A stretch of 35,744 nucleotides of DNA from Collodictyon triciliatum (Eukaryota). The stretch lies in the NCBI GenBank assembly GCA_043381765.1, contig JBHJMP010000516.1:1-35744 (forward strand). Direction: 5' to 3'. This document shows positions 12,132-24,200 of the stretch, piece by piece (within the stretch, counting starts at the first letter, position 1; each line of letters begins with the position of its first letter). The translations under genes were made by a program, and so were the position numbers. Under the pieces are notes generated by a model. That model saw only the letters and a list, made by a program, of their open reading frames with translations. It had not been told where the DNA came from and did not search any database.

Positions 12132-15100
12132 GAGTAAAATTAATAGCTCGCTTCGGTGGTTTAGAAATTACCTGAAATTCCTCTCCAAGGTCGATGCAAA
12201 TAGGCTCACTAGGTGATTGTATGTCCTCATAAATAAGCAAGCATCTTCTTTGCTTGTCCAAGATAAGATGTTTTGCCTCCCATTTGGCAGATGGCACATT
12301 CTGGCACACCAAAGCACACCCGGAATATTGGTGGGATGACATACGTTTCAATGGTAATTTGTTGTATAAATTACTGCACTCCTTGCAGAGGAAGCGAATT
12401 TGACCATTCACTAAATATGTTTCGTTTAAATGCTTCCTCCATGACCCATCCGGGTCCGTTGTATTAAAAAACATCGACAAGCTCTCAGCTCCAGTAAATC
12501 GAATAATTTTTCCATTATATTGGTCCTTCCATCTTATGAAGGCATGGTCTAGTTCAGTGTAGCTCATTTCATTCGAATTAAATTCCACCTTGTCAAGGTC
12601 AAGTATTCTGACAACAGCTTGAAAAGCCTCGGACTCGACAAGAAATTGTGAATCTATTAAGTAACCTAAATGCTCAACAGAATGAGGTCCTATAGGATTG
12701 TCGCACACAAGTCCAAGCCTCAGCTCCTCATTAAGCGATTGAGCATGTAAGGTCTGTACTTGAAATAAAGTGGGATAGTTTCCAGATAATTGACTGCCAA
12801 GCAAATCGAAATCATTAGGCTTATTGATTCCATTTTTCCAAAAATAAATCTCAAAATTATGCCCATGTCCGCACGGCAACACTTCATGGCTGGAGTCGAG
12901 CAAGTTTGGTATTTTTTGAGACCCACACTTCCTCAAAGGGAGTTCATTCAATACGCATTTAGGGCACAAAATCTCCACTTCATCCGGAACCAAACTCATC
13001 TTGTTACGAAAAATATTGCGAACATGTGCCAAGACATACTTAAGGCATTCAAAAGCAAGAACATTTCGGGAATCTTTTCGAACAGATATATAAATTGCAT
13101 GGTTTTCCCTGTCAAGGTGCGCACAAAATAAGAAGCTACAAAGTAATCCGGTTCTTGGTAAATCATACTTGCAAAAAGTAATTATGTAATCCAAACTAAA
13201 GTACTCATATCCCCACGGAGTCTGGGAGGTGACAAAGGGGCATCGAAGCAAATCAATTGCAAAATCTGTGAAGCAAGATTCATGTATATATTTGAAGCAC
13301 AACTTAGCCGTCATGAAACTGTGACACATCCGCGGAGGTGTCAAACTCCAGATGGACGTGGGTGGACAACCAGTCGAGGCCATACAGGGAAAGGAATAGT
13401 AATCACCTCCTAGAGTAGGTACAGCTATGTTGAGGAAATCAAGAGCGTTCATGATTGCTTTTCCTTGATTGGGGAGGGATTGCTCGATTGCTTGAATGAG
13501 TGATTCAGTAGGACAAATGCCAGTTCCCCAACTGTTCTTGATTTCTCTTAGGATGGCTGATACAGACTTAAATATTGCTCGAGCTCCAATAACGATGAAT
13601 TCTATCGATTTTTGACAGGGTGATAGTAACACATCACTTGTTTCATGAAGAAGGAGAATAAGGTCATGTAAGTCTGCAGGGTGAGTAAAATATCTGCCGA
13701 TATTCTCGACCAGATGTACTGGAGTTAGAAAGCTTGAGTATGGCGTAATCATGGATTTGATCGAATCCATGAACTGAATTTGGTTGCCAGATACACTTTT
13801 TATGACATGGGGGAGTGTTGAAGTTGTTTTGGCAATCAAATCACGCAAGTGTGCCACATTTTCTCCGGTGACATTGCTCGTCGTGACAAAATCTAGAAGT
13901 TTCAACTTGTTGGAGTAGATCAGCATCACCTCTCTAAATTCGTTGGTAACATCTTCACGATAGCCTGGTAGACTGAATTTGGGATGGTCTGCATGGGTGG
14001 CAACAATAATTATATTTGGACTATGAGATGAGGCTGCAATCAAATCAGCCCATTCTACAAAGCGTGCTCCTCCATAACCCACTGACATATTCCAAACATA
14101 AAGAATTATACAGTTTGGTGTCACCAAGGCCTTGTTGAGTAATCGAAATTCATCGAATCCTCGACATAAACAGAATGAATGTCTTGTGTTTTTTTGGTTA
14201 AAATCCGTTGTCAAGCCGTTATCAATTATTTTTATTCCAAGACGAACTGCACTTTTTTGTTTACAAACATTGACAAAGTTGGATGTATCACTCTTTAATG
14301 ATTTCATAAGGGAACGCTTTCCGGTCCCAATATCACCAAGAAGCAAAATGCGGTTACGACCCCACTCAGAGATGGCCTTGGATGTCTCTTGAAAAGTACC
14401 AAGTAATCGATCTAATCCTTTACCAAGCAGCTCACGTTGAGCTTCGATTAACGGATTGTTGTCAAATTTGAAGTACCTTAGTTTCCTCAGATATACCATA
14501 GTCGTCGGAAGCTTGCTTATCTAACGGGACATTCGAATTCATTTTAAAAAAAGGTACACAGTCGACTCAAAATTAACATGAAAAGAATATTTGTTCAACT
14601 ATGGGTCGCAAGTAGGACTTTATCGTCTGAGAATATTATTTCAATACATGCCTTATTAGAACTAATATCCAATCGCATTAATCTATTAAATATGTATATC
14701 CAGCTGGGCAATGACGTTAGCTATTAAAAAAATAGGGTTCTCTCAATAAACTGTTGAAAAGAAACCAAAAAAATTAGGTTGAATTTCATCAAATACCATT
14801 CCATTATATTTCAGCTTTTTAAAAATAAATGATAATAATAATTATAACAATAACAATAACAATAACTTTTTTAGTAAAAATTTCAACCTCGCTCAAAAAA
14901 ATAAAAGAGGTAAAATTGAAAGCCGAAATAATACTACTCACATTATTTTCTGATACATCTAATTCGTACACATCATCACGGATATATGGCGGCAAACGTA
15001 TAATTATGTCGGGAATGTAAGACAACTGCTTTCCCTTTAGATCAATAGTCCCAGAACCGTGTTCTATAATCCTGAGAATATCTTTTGTGTCGGCTCGCAA

Positions 15101-17260
15101 ATTGTTTCCCTCCACTGAAAAAAACCGCAACGAATGTGCTGAGTGAAGATCAGGGTAGTCTAATATCTATATCATATCAACTTACAATGAGTCGCGCGTG
15201 ATTTTGTTTTCTGTGATTTTTTGTAGCTACATTTACTGGAAAGTAAATTCCCCTGCACGGCAGAAAGAATAGAAAAAGAGAAAAAGAAAACACTAATATA
15301 ATATCAACTATATATCATAGCAATACCTGGTTGTGTGATATATCCAAATGAACCAACAATTGGAATTGATTGATGATTGTTGGTAGTTCTGTAAACTATG
15401 ATTATAAATACATCTTTGTTGAGGGACTTGGACCTGTCTCACAGTTTTCTCTAAAATATTAATACAAGTAATAATATTATTTCGAGCATAGTATATACGA
15501 AAGAATTAAATTGTTAAACCTTGTTTCTGGATAAAGATAAGTATTGAAGCTCACTAAGACTTGAAAAAGAATTCGGTAATACTCTAATCTGTTTTAGTTC
15601 AGGATTAAAAACAAATAAGTCTTTGATGATTTGTTCTTTAGTATTGTGGGACATCAGGTCAGTATTGTCATGGTATTTGGTTTGCTTATATGATTCGATA
15701 ATCTGAATAGTACATGATTTCCTCCACTTTCAGAGCCCGCAACAAAACACCTAAGGTTAACCATAACTCCAATATCGTCAGGTAAAAAGCTTATCTGCGA
15801 TTAAAAAAACATTCAATTCATCTAAACCACTGCATGCATAAAGAGAAGTGTACATCAAATTGGCTACTGAAAGAAAACATTCTTGATGGCATAATCTTTC
15901 GCAATATTCTCTTACGTTGTTGTTTGAAATATCTAACTTCGTGATTGATAGGAGATGGTGAATGTTAAAGTCGCAGAATTGCATATTTAGATTCCTGTAT
16001 ATTGCCTCTCTCCTAATTACCAATGGAAGTAATTGGAAGTCGATGAAGCTTTTTGAATTGTAGAAGGGTAGGCTTGTAATACCCCTAGGCAAATCTGTAA
16101 TCTGGACGAATTTATTTGTCAAAAGAGGTTAAGTATAATTAATATTTGCGATAATATGTTTGGGTGGGTACATTATTAGTTTTGAATAAGTATTGTTAGA
16201 GTGTTGTTATACAGGGTTTCCAGCAATATGGAAATGCTGTAATTTGTTTAGCTCTGTAATCCACTCGGGGATCCACGATAGCTGTTTCATTTTAACCATT
16301 AATTAAGGCGATACTAATCGACCTTTTTCATATATTGAATGATTCGATTGCTTGGCTACCTTATTGTTCTGAATAGATAGGGCACGGATATTCTTAAGGG
16401 ACCGAAGTTGGGTAGGCAGCTCGACAAACTAGTTGCAACAAAATATTGATTTGCTTTATGCGATGCCAGTAACCAAATATTACGCATTCTTTTTTTTAAA
16501 AAAATATATAGAGGGGATTAAAATAGAGGGGAAAAAACCTTGTTTCCTGTGCTTTCATCTCCCAAATTGATTTCATCCAACCAACTCATCATGGTGAGGG
16601 TCTCTGGTAAGGTACTCACCTACGATAATTTGAAGAGATCGATAGTTGAACACACAGAAACCTTAGAAAATGCATTCTCATAGCCCCCTTAGCATTTTAT
16701 CCTTGCTGACTTTTTTTAACTTGATTTTCTATTAATTAGTTGTTTTTTTTTTTTTTTGCTTCTTTTTTTTTTAAAAAAAAAAAACATTTCAAGGTGACGC
16801 TTTTTCACCTGTGTTCCGACGATGGACAACACACGCAGTTTCCGAAGAATTACGATCGCCTCGGGAAGGCTATGAAGACTCTTAGAGTTGATCAGAATAC
16901 GCGTGGCACGGCGCACTGTCCCGGGTGGGGCAACACCAGCAATTATGGGCTCCACATCCTTAAGCCCTCGTGGAAGTTGCTCTTGGTGACTTCCTCGCAT
17001 CCTATGCCGGTCGCAGTACAGCACACGTATTATATAAATTATCATGGTCTCCGTCCAAGTTTCGAATGATCAAAATCAAATAGAGCACACAGTTAACTAT
17101 TTACAATCATATCTTTCCTACGTCCCCTTTCTTGCAAATTATTTGTGGTACAGAGGCCCAGGGCCATACGCTGGTGCGATGGCAACAACACCCGGTGGTC
17201 ATGCTTCAACGGAAAAGAAGGGATGTGTCTTTGGGGGAGATACGGTTGTGCTTGAGCCAT
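11707..17260 (-). CDS. Roco-family protein: LRRs, degenerate ROC GTPase, COR, Cys/His module, C-terminal PH domain; no kinase domain; start codon uncertain
   Basis: LRR exons at about 14650-16900 (e.g. IRVLPNSFSSLSELQYLSLSRNK). A large exon 12172-14520 carries ILLLGDIGTGKRSL, IILYVWN, IIIVATHAD, TSNVTGENV, a COR-like region and CPKC..CGHGH. The PH domain is completed by spliced exons DLGEEFQ|ISPWNFSNNAECLRINSGSKFYYIL|FENKKQQENWLNHLLDTH* (TAG 11707). Confidence 0.88.
12036..12129. repeat. (AAT)n microsatellite in a Roco intron
   Basis: Lies after the CAG|GTAATT donor at 12171; it explains the poly-Tyr tail of the ORF call. Confidence 0.93.
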
Positions 17261-17856
17261 TATCTCCCGCACCGCACCGCACCAACCCGACCTGGGACAT
17301 TAGAAAAAACCAACAGAGAAAGAAAAAGGGAAACATTAAAAGGCCGCAGAAAGCCCACCGGATGAGAAAAAAAACACGCAATTCTTAGGCGCCACAACAA
17401 CCCACAAAAACCTCAGTGAATGAGCCCCAATTAAACTCATTATAATCATTTAATATGATATATATTTGGATGTAGAATTTTATCTAAATTTATATATGGA
17501 AATCTAAAATTACGTAAAATTTGTATTTATAATTATTTTCCATATATGTCAAAATCCACTTTTGGACAGTTTTGCCTGCCATTTTTTTCTTCTGTTTGAA
17601 TGGTTGGGAGTCGTTCTCTGTGAGTGTGTGTGGGTGTCAATTTGTCAAACAGCTTCCGTCGAGAAACGCTTCCCGATCAAGACGTTGGGCAAACAACTTC
17701 GGGGCCAGTTTATATGTGGCGTTATTAGGGCTTTGGGAGTGATATTTGAGTGTTTGTTATATACAATCGCCTCTTATGCTTTTCATTTCTACTTTGCTTA
17801 ATTACAAATTCTTTGCAGACACACAGGGAAAACGCAATTGCTTGCTTCTCGGGTGG
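17261..17856. promoter_or_regulatory. Probable bidirectional promoter region between the Roco and GPCR-PIPK genes, AT-rich core about 17430-17560
   Basis: Head-to-head gene orientation; very AT-rich core flanked by GC-richer 5' regions. Confidence 0.5.
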
Positions 17857-18201
17857 ATGGGCACAGTCAACACTGCTTCTGAGGACATAACAGAATTTTG
17901 CAAAAACCGTCCTTCAAGTTTCGCCTGCTCTAATGCGTATTTTTCTCTTTGTCCATCAGGAACGCCAGTGCTTTAATCTGAGGCAACTGTTTCTTTAAAA
18001 AGCTGGTTACTAGTTGTTTTTTTATAGATAATTTGATATTTCTACATAACATAGGGATGAGAACATATCGTGCTTCGGAGTAATCACGGAGCATTTCATT
18101 TTATTCATACTTGGCCTGGCATTGGGTGCTGGTGTTTTGATTTCTGTCATGGGTATTTTCCCCGATTCTATGCATTCCATTACTATCTCTCAAAAAGAGT
18201 T

Positions 18202-18260
<59 letters not shown>

Positions 18261-21200
18261 TTTTTGCCAAAGCACTTTCGTGATACGCAAGTTTATGTAA
18301 TGGCATAAGTTCAGAATATATCTCGTCTCATTCATTCTACACATCCACCGAACTGGGAATGAAACCAAGTTGCCCCCTTTGTAACTTCATCATATGCATT
18401 CCTGTATCATCTAGATGATGTTTCGGATGGACCTAAACTATATCAAATTTACGGAGGATCTATCTCTTTCATTTGTTGTATTTATGTGTCCATTGATTTC
18501 TTCAAAATGGTCAAAAACGAAAAGAATATCAACATTATATCGTCTGTTCCAACAATTCTCCTCACACATTCCGTGTGGTGGGACTTTATCTTCAGCTTTG
18601 TAACCTTGATTGAAGGAATCGGAGAAATAGGAGACGATGAGAATGTAAATTTGCCTCACAATCAGACTCATCTACAACCATCATACTTTCAATTTCGTTG
18701 TTGGAAAAAAAGTATTCCTGAATATATATTATTAATTTATAACCTGAAAATAGGATGATGCCTGTGTTTACATATCACCTTTCACCCAATTCAGTTTGTT
18801 CAGTTCAGTTACTTACTTTTGGCTGCTTTTTATTGGTTTGTGATATCAGAATCGAAACAAACATTCTAAAGGGAATGAAATAAACTCGGAAAGACTTTTT
18901 TTTTCTAACAAAAGAACATTTCGTTGTAGATGTAATTGTTTCGATGTGGTTCCCTTTCTTCGCCAGCCATTATCTTCTACCGTACTACCATGGTATTACT
19001 TTGGGGTTTGGTGCGATAAGCTCCTTAGTAATTGTCGCCGCTGGTCAGTCAGGTCCATCTGTTTTGAAGCGCTGCTGGGTGAAGTCATTCAACGGTATTA
19101 CAGTTCAATACTTTATAAACACTTAATTGGCTGTGATAAAAAAAAATCGAATTTGGTTCAAGTTACGATATTGGCTTCTATTAACAAATAGATTCAGGCA
19201 TAAATCCTTATAACTGGGCCCTGATAAATGTCCCTTTTGGGTTTTACTCTTTCAGCTCTCTTCTTCTATTTGGCTATTGTTTTTTGAACCTCCATATGGA
19301 AATCAAACGTCGATCGCAGTAATTTTTGTGATAACCAAACGATTCATCATGGTGTCAATCTTTTTCACTTTTTTTTTTTTTTTGCTTGTAGGATCTGAGA
19401 ATGAAGAATTTTAGTACAAGTTTATTTTCGCATTTGTTTTGTAGATGATTTTTATAGAAGGACTGACATGTTTTTATCAAAAACTAATCATCACTTTTAC
19501 ATATATACCCAGATATAGGCCTTCAGAAAGGGTATTTTTTTTGTGTGATTGTGTGATTGTGTGATTGTGTGATTGTGTGATTGTGTGATTGTGTGATTGT
19601 GTGATTGTGTGATTGTGTGATTGTNNNNNNNNNNNNNNNNNNNNNNNNNNNNNNNNNNNNNNNNNNNNNNNNNNNNNNNNNNNNNNNNNNNNNNNNNNNN
19701 NNNNNNNNNNNNNNNNNNNNNNNNAAAAAAATTGGCAAAAACCATAAAAAAAATAAAAAAAAAGGAGGGGGACAAAAAAAAAAAAAATTCCCCCCCCCCC
19801 CCCCCCAGAAGGAAAGAAGAAAAGAAAAACACAATATATAAATTGTGCAAAGAAATAAGTAAAGAACGTTAAGCAACCAGATGTTTTCAAAAGTCAAATC
19901 ACCTAACCAAAAAAGAAAAGAAAGACGTATTATCAATCACTTACACAAACTCTATTAGGTCATCGAGAAGAAAAGCAGCATCACCGAGGCCATCAGCAGA
20001 GAACTGGCCACTGCACGGTCTCTAGCTATGAATCTACGCCGCGGACAAGAGAAAGCTCACGCACTGGTCACGAGCACATCGCCCATGCAAATCCTCCAGC
20101 ACGGGCCGCTTCTCTCGTGCCTGCTGGATACGTATATCGAACGCGCCCGTCGCATGGAGCCGTCCGAATCGACGGTGCTTTCATTCCTGCCATACACTTC
20201 CGTGACCATCCGACGAGACGATGACCGCAGCAAGGCAAAGATGGCACTCGGGCGGGTGCAAGTGCACAGCGACGTCCGCAGCCGACCGACACACGCACGC
20301 AAGTGTGCTGAGATTGGGGAGATGAAGCAGAAGGCCGGGCGACGCGGGTCCGGGCGGGTCGAGTTTGACCACGCATGGGGCATCGCGGCAAATCCACGAA
20401 GCGGACACGTCTATGTGGCAGACCAGTTCAACCATCGGATCCAGATCCTGAGCGCAGAGCTTGAGTATATCGGGGAGTTTGGGCGACGCGGGACGGAGGC
20501 TGGGATGTTCAACAATCCGATATCGGTCTGTGTGGATCCGTCGGGTGGCTGCGTGGTTGTGGTGGACAACGGAAACCACCGGCTGCAGGTCTTTACGGCG
20601 GATGGCAAGCATGTGCGCACAATCGGATCAGACGGATCACAGGAGCTGCAGTTCCGCAACCCGCTGAATGTGGCGATGGCGTATAATGGCGTGATGTTTG
20701 TGACAGACACGCGGACCGAGCGGGTTCAGATGCTGACGGAGGACGGCAAGTTTCTGCGCTTTGTCGGGCAGCGGGGCTGCGGAGAAGGCGAGGTCGGCAG
20801 CGCAGAGGGCGTTGCAATCACGCATGAGGATGAAGTCTGTGTCCTTGCGCGGGGCGGGAATCAGATCCACGTCTTTGACATCCTTGGCGACNNNNNNNNN
20901 NNNNNNNNNNNNNNNNNNNNNNNNNNNNNNNNNNNNNNNNNNNNNNNNNNNNNNNNNNNNNNNNNNNNNNNNNNNNNNNNNNNNNNNNNNNNNNNNNNNN
21001 NNNNNNNNNNNNNNNNNNNNNNNNNNNNNNNNNNNNNNNNNNNNNNNNNNNNNNNNNNNNNNNNNNNNNNNNNNNNNNNNNNNNNNNNNNNNNNNNNNNN
21101 NNNNNNNNNNNNNNNNNNNNNNNNNNNNNNNNNNNNNNNNNNNNNNNNNNNNNNNNNNNNNNNNNNNNNNNNNNNNNNNNNNNNNNNNNNNNNNNNNNNN

Positions 21201-24200
21201 NNNNNNNNNNNNNNNNNNNNNNNNNNNNNNNNNNNNNNNNNNNNNNNNNNNNNNNNNNNNNNNNNNNNNNNNNNNNNNNNNNNNNNNNNNNNNNNNNNNN
21301 NNNNNNNNNNNNNNNNNNNNNNNNNNNNNNNNNNNNNNNNNNNNNNNNNNNNNNNNNNNNNNNNNNNNNNNNNNNNNNNNNNNNNNNNNNNNNNNNNNNN
21401 NNNNNNNNNNNNNNNNNNNNNNNNNNNNNNNNNNNNNNNNNNNNNNNNNNNNNNNNNNNNNNNNNNNNNNNNNNNNNNNNNNNNNNNNNNNNNNNNNNNN
21501 NNNNNNNNNNNNNNNNNNNNNNNNNNNNNNNNNNNNNNNNNNNNNNNNNNNNNNNNNNNNNNNNNNNNNNNNNNNNNNNNNNNNNNNNNNNNNNNNNNNN
21601 NNNNNNNNNNNNNNNNNNNNNNNNNNNNNNNNNNNNNNNNNNNNNNNNNNNNNNNNNNNNNNNNTTTGATTAAATCTCTCTAGGATATATTATGCTGTAT
21701 TGGCAATTTTGATAATTTCTCTATATCGACGGGATTATGAATTCAAGTGGAGATTCAAATTATTTTGTACTTTACTATCAATGAAAGGTTTAATCTGATT
21801 CTTTGAACATACCATTTTCCAGAGTATCTACTTTTTACATATGAATCCAAAAATATTTGATTCCCTGTCTAATATATGATGACAATAAATGCGGGGAATA
21901 AAGCAACACCAGTCGCTGCAGTTTGGCATCTGAGATTCTTTGAGGTTGATTCACAACGTGGACAGGCCTTTGAAGCTTCAATAACAAGTAATATTTATGG
22001 CGTTTAGGAGACTTTTTTTTAAAAAAAAAATATTGTCTTCTATCTTTTTCTTTTTTCTTTTCTTTTTTCTTTTTCTTTTTTCTTTTTTCTTTTTTCTTTT
22101 TTCTTTTTTCTTTTTTCTTTTTTCTTTTTCTTGTTCATATTTTCACTTTAACTTGACTAGGACTGAGTTGGGGCTTTGACCTCGGCCCATGGGATATTTT
22201 TTTCACTTACGTGGTATAATTGTGCTGGGAGCCCTTTTTTCCTGTTACTAATCTCCGTTTTGAAAACTGTGAAGGTTTAAATGAATCCCGTCGTTTGGAT
22301 ATAATGGAGTCATGTTCGACTTGTATTGTGGCAACAACTGAGGTTTTTTGTTTTCTCCTGGTGCCCAGTATGCCTGCTACCTTACGTGAGGTTGGATTAT
22401 GTATCCATTTTCATACATTGGTTGTAGATGTCCACAGGTCCGAGCTATCAAACAATTGGAAGGGCTATTGATACAGATTTTGAATCAGGTAGCATAAAGT
22501 CTGCATTAAATAAATGAGTAAATGTGTCGTTAAAAGACTGCTAATTTATATTCCACTTTCCTTAGTCCTCATTCTGAATGTGCAAGGCTCTAATTCAGGC
22601 ATTCGGTTTCAATTTAAATCATATGCAATGCGCGCATTCCGACATATTCGCGAAGCCAGTGGCATATCAACGGAAACTTACACTCAATCATTTCAGCCTG
22701 GAAGAGGTTATTGTTTCCATACGACAGTTGAAATCAAGATCAGTATTTTCTTTTATTTCTTTTTCCTTTTTTCTTTTTCCTATTAGTTCATCGGGTTTCC
22801 ATATTCCTCTGAGTTCGATACGTTATTAAAATTTATTCAAGGTTCTTTATCTTACGTTATTACTTATAGAAATTAGCGAGCGATTTTCAGAAGGTGATAC
22901 AGGAAGCTTTCTTTATTTTACCGAAGATGGCAGATATGTGGTGAAATCTCTAGTATGAATTACTCACTTTCCCTTTTAAATTGTATTCACTACAACTTGA
23001 TAAGAGTTTTCCAATGTTATTTTGAGTCTAACAGGCCTTCGCTGTAGACCAGAGAAGAAAAAATAACACTACTGCGAGTTCTTCAGCAATATTACAACCA
23101 CATCCTAGATAATCCCGAATCTTTCATCTTGAGAGTAAAGTTTTAAAAAAAAATTTTTAAAAAAAAAACAACAAAATGTGATGGAATATAATATATATCT
23201 TATCATCAATTAAACTATAAGTATGTTGGACTCCACTCTATGATTATATATGGGCAGGCTGTTCACTTCGTTGTGATGAAGAATATAATAGTATGATTTT
23301 TTTCATCATCCCATATTAAGGATTATGGTCTCCGTATTGCTAAGTTTACAATGAATTATTTTCTTACAAAATTATTTTCTTTTTCCATTCTCCCTTTTAT
23401 TTTGTGCAAGATTGAGTGTTTTGGCCGTGATTTGCTATCCGTAAAAATGAATGTACATATTTTTAAATGCCAAAATCTCCATCGTCTTACATTAATTGAA
23501 AGGAAGAATGGAAAAGAATGAATATATATATATATTCTTTGCTACACAAACTGCCCTAACATAACCATCTTGGTGATTAATAAAAGCCTCGAGTGAATCT
23601 TCGACGCTTCGGGTTGAAGGGGGTTTCGATATCAAAGAGTGAAAATCATACTGCCACACCTGCTTCGATTGATGAATATGTTTCTTTAAAGGATTCGGAT
23701 AACGAGTTTGTGTTAAGAACTAATTCATGGACAGCTCTCTCTTCTCATTCTCCCATTTTATCAGTTTTTTTTCCTTAAAAAGGAGAAGTTCATATCAAAC
23801 ATAGAAACGCCCATGTGAAAAATTATATATTTGATTAATTATATTCATAGGACAGTATATCTGTTCAAAAGATGGTACAACGCCCTCGCTGGGCTCGAAG
23901 AATCTATCAAAGGTAAGAGCCATCAACACGTATGTCTATGTGATGGGTGTAAGGCTGGGCTTCTTTTCTAACCCGTTCTTCGGGTATCACACATATCTTA
24001 TATCATTTTTTTATACATCACACAAATGATTCCATCTGCACATGGTCTTAGACACAAATGGAATCATGGATGATGAACACTTTGTGATGTTTGGATACAA
24101 GCTCAGAGTCCCATCTGAAGTGTACCCACAAGTCGTTTCATCTGTATGTATTCATTTAGAATCCCTGACATAATATAGAGGTAGGAATAAAATATGACAT

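Noticed and set aside
12004-12171. Poly-tyrosine C-terminus of the 831-aa ORF
   Set aside because: Read-through into an intron with an (AAT)n repeat; splicing at CAG|GTAATT completes a PH domain instead.
19543-19624. Telomere-like or CRISPR-like repeat
   Set aside because: Simple 8-bp intronic repeat with no spacers and no GGG run; eukaryotic context with no cas genes.
20057-20870. Multiple overlapping minus-strand ORFs
   Set aside because: Expected shadows of a GC-rich coding exon; only the plus frame has NHL repeats.
20761-21683. Long ORFs spanning N runs (also at 6280-6657, 19477-19936 and 25094-26210)
   Set aside because: Their length is an artefact of gaps.
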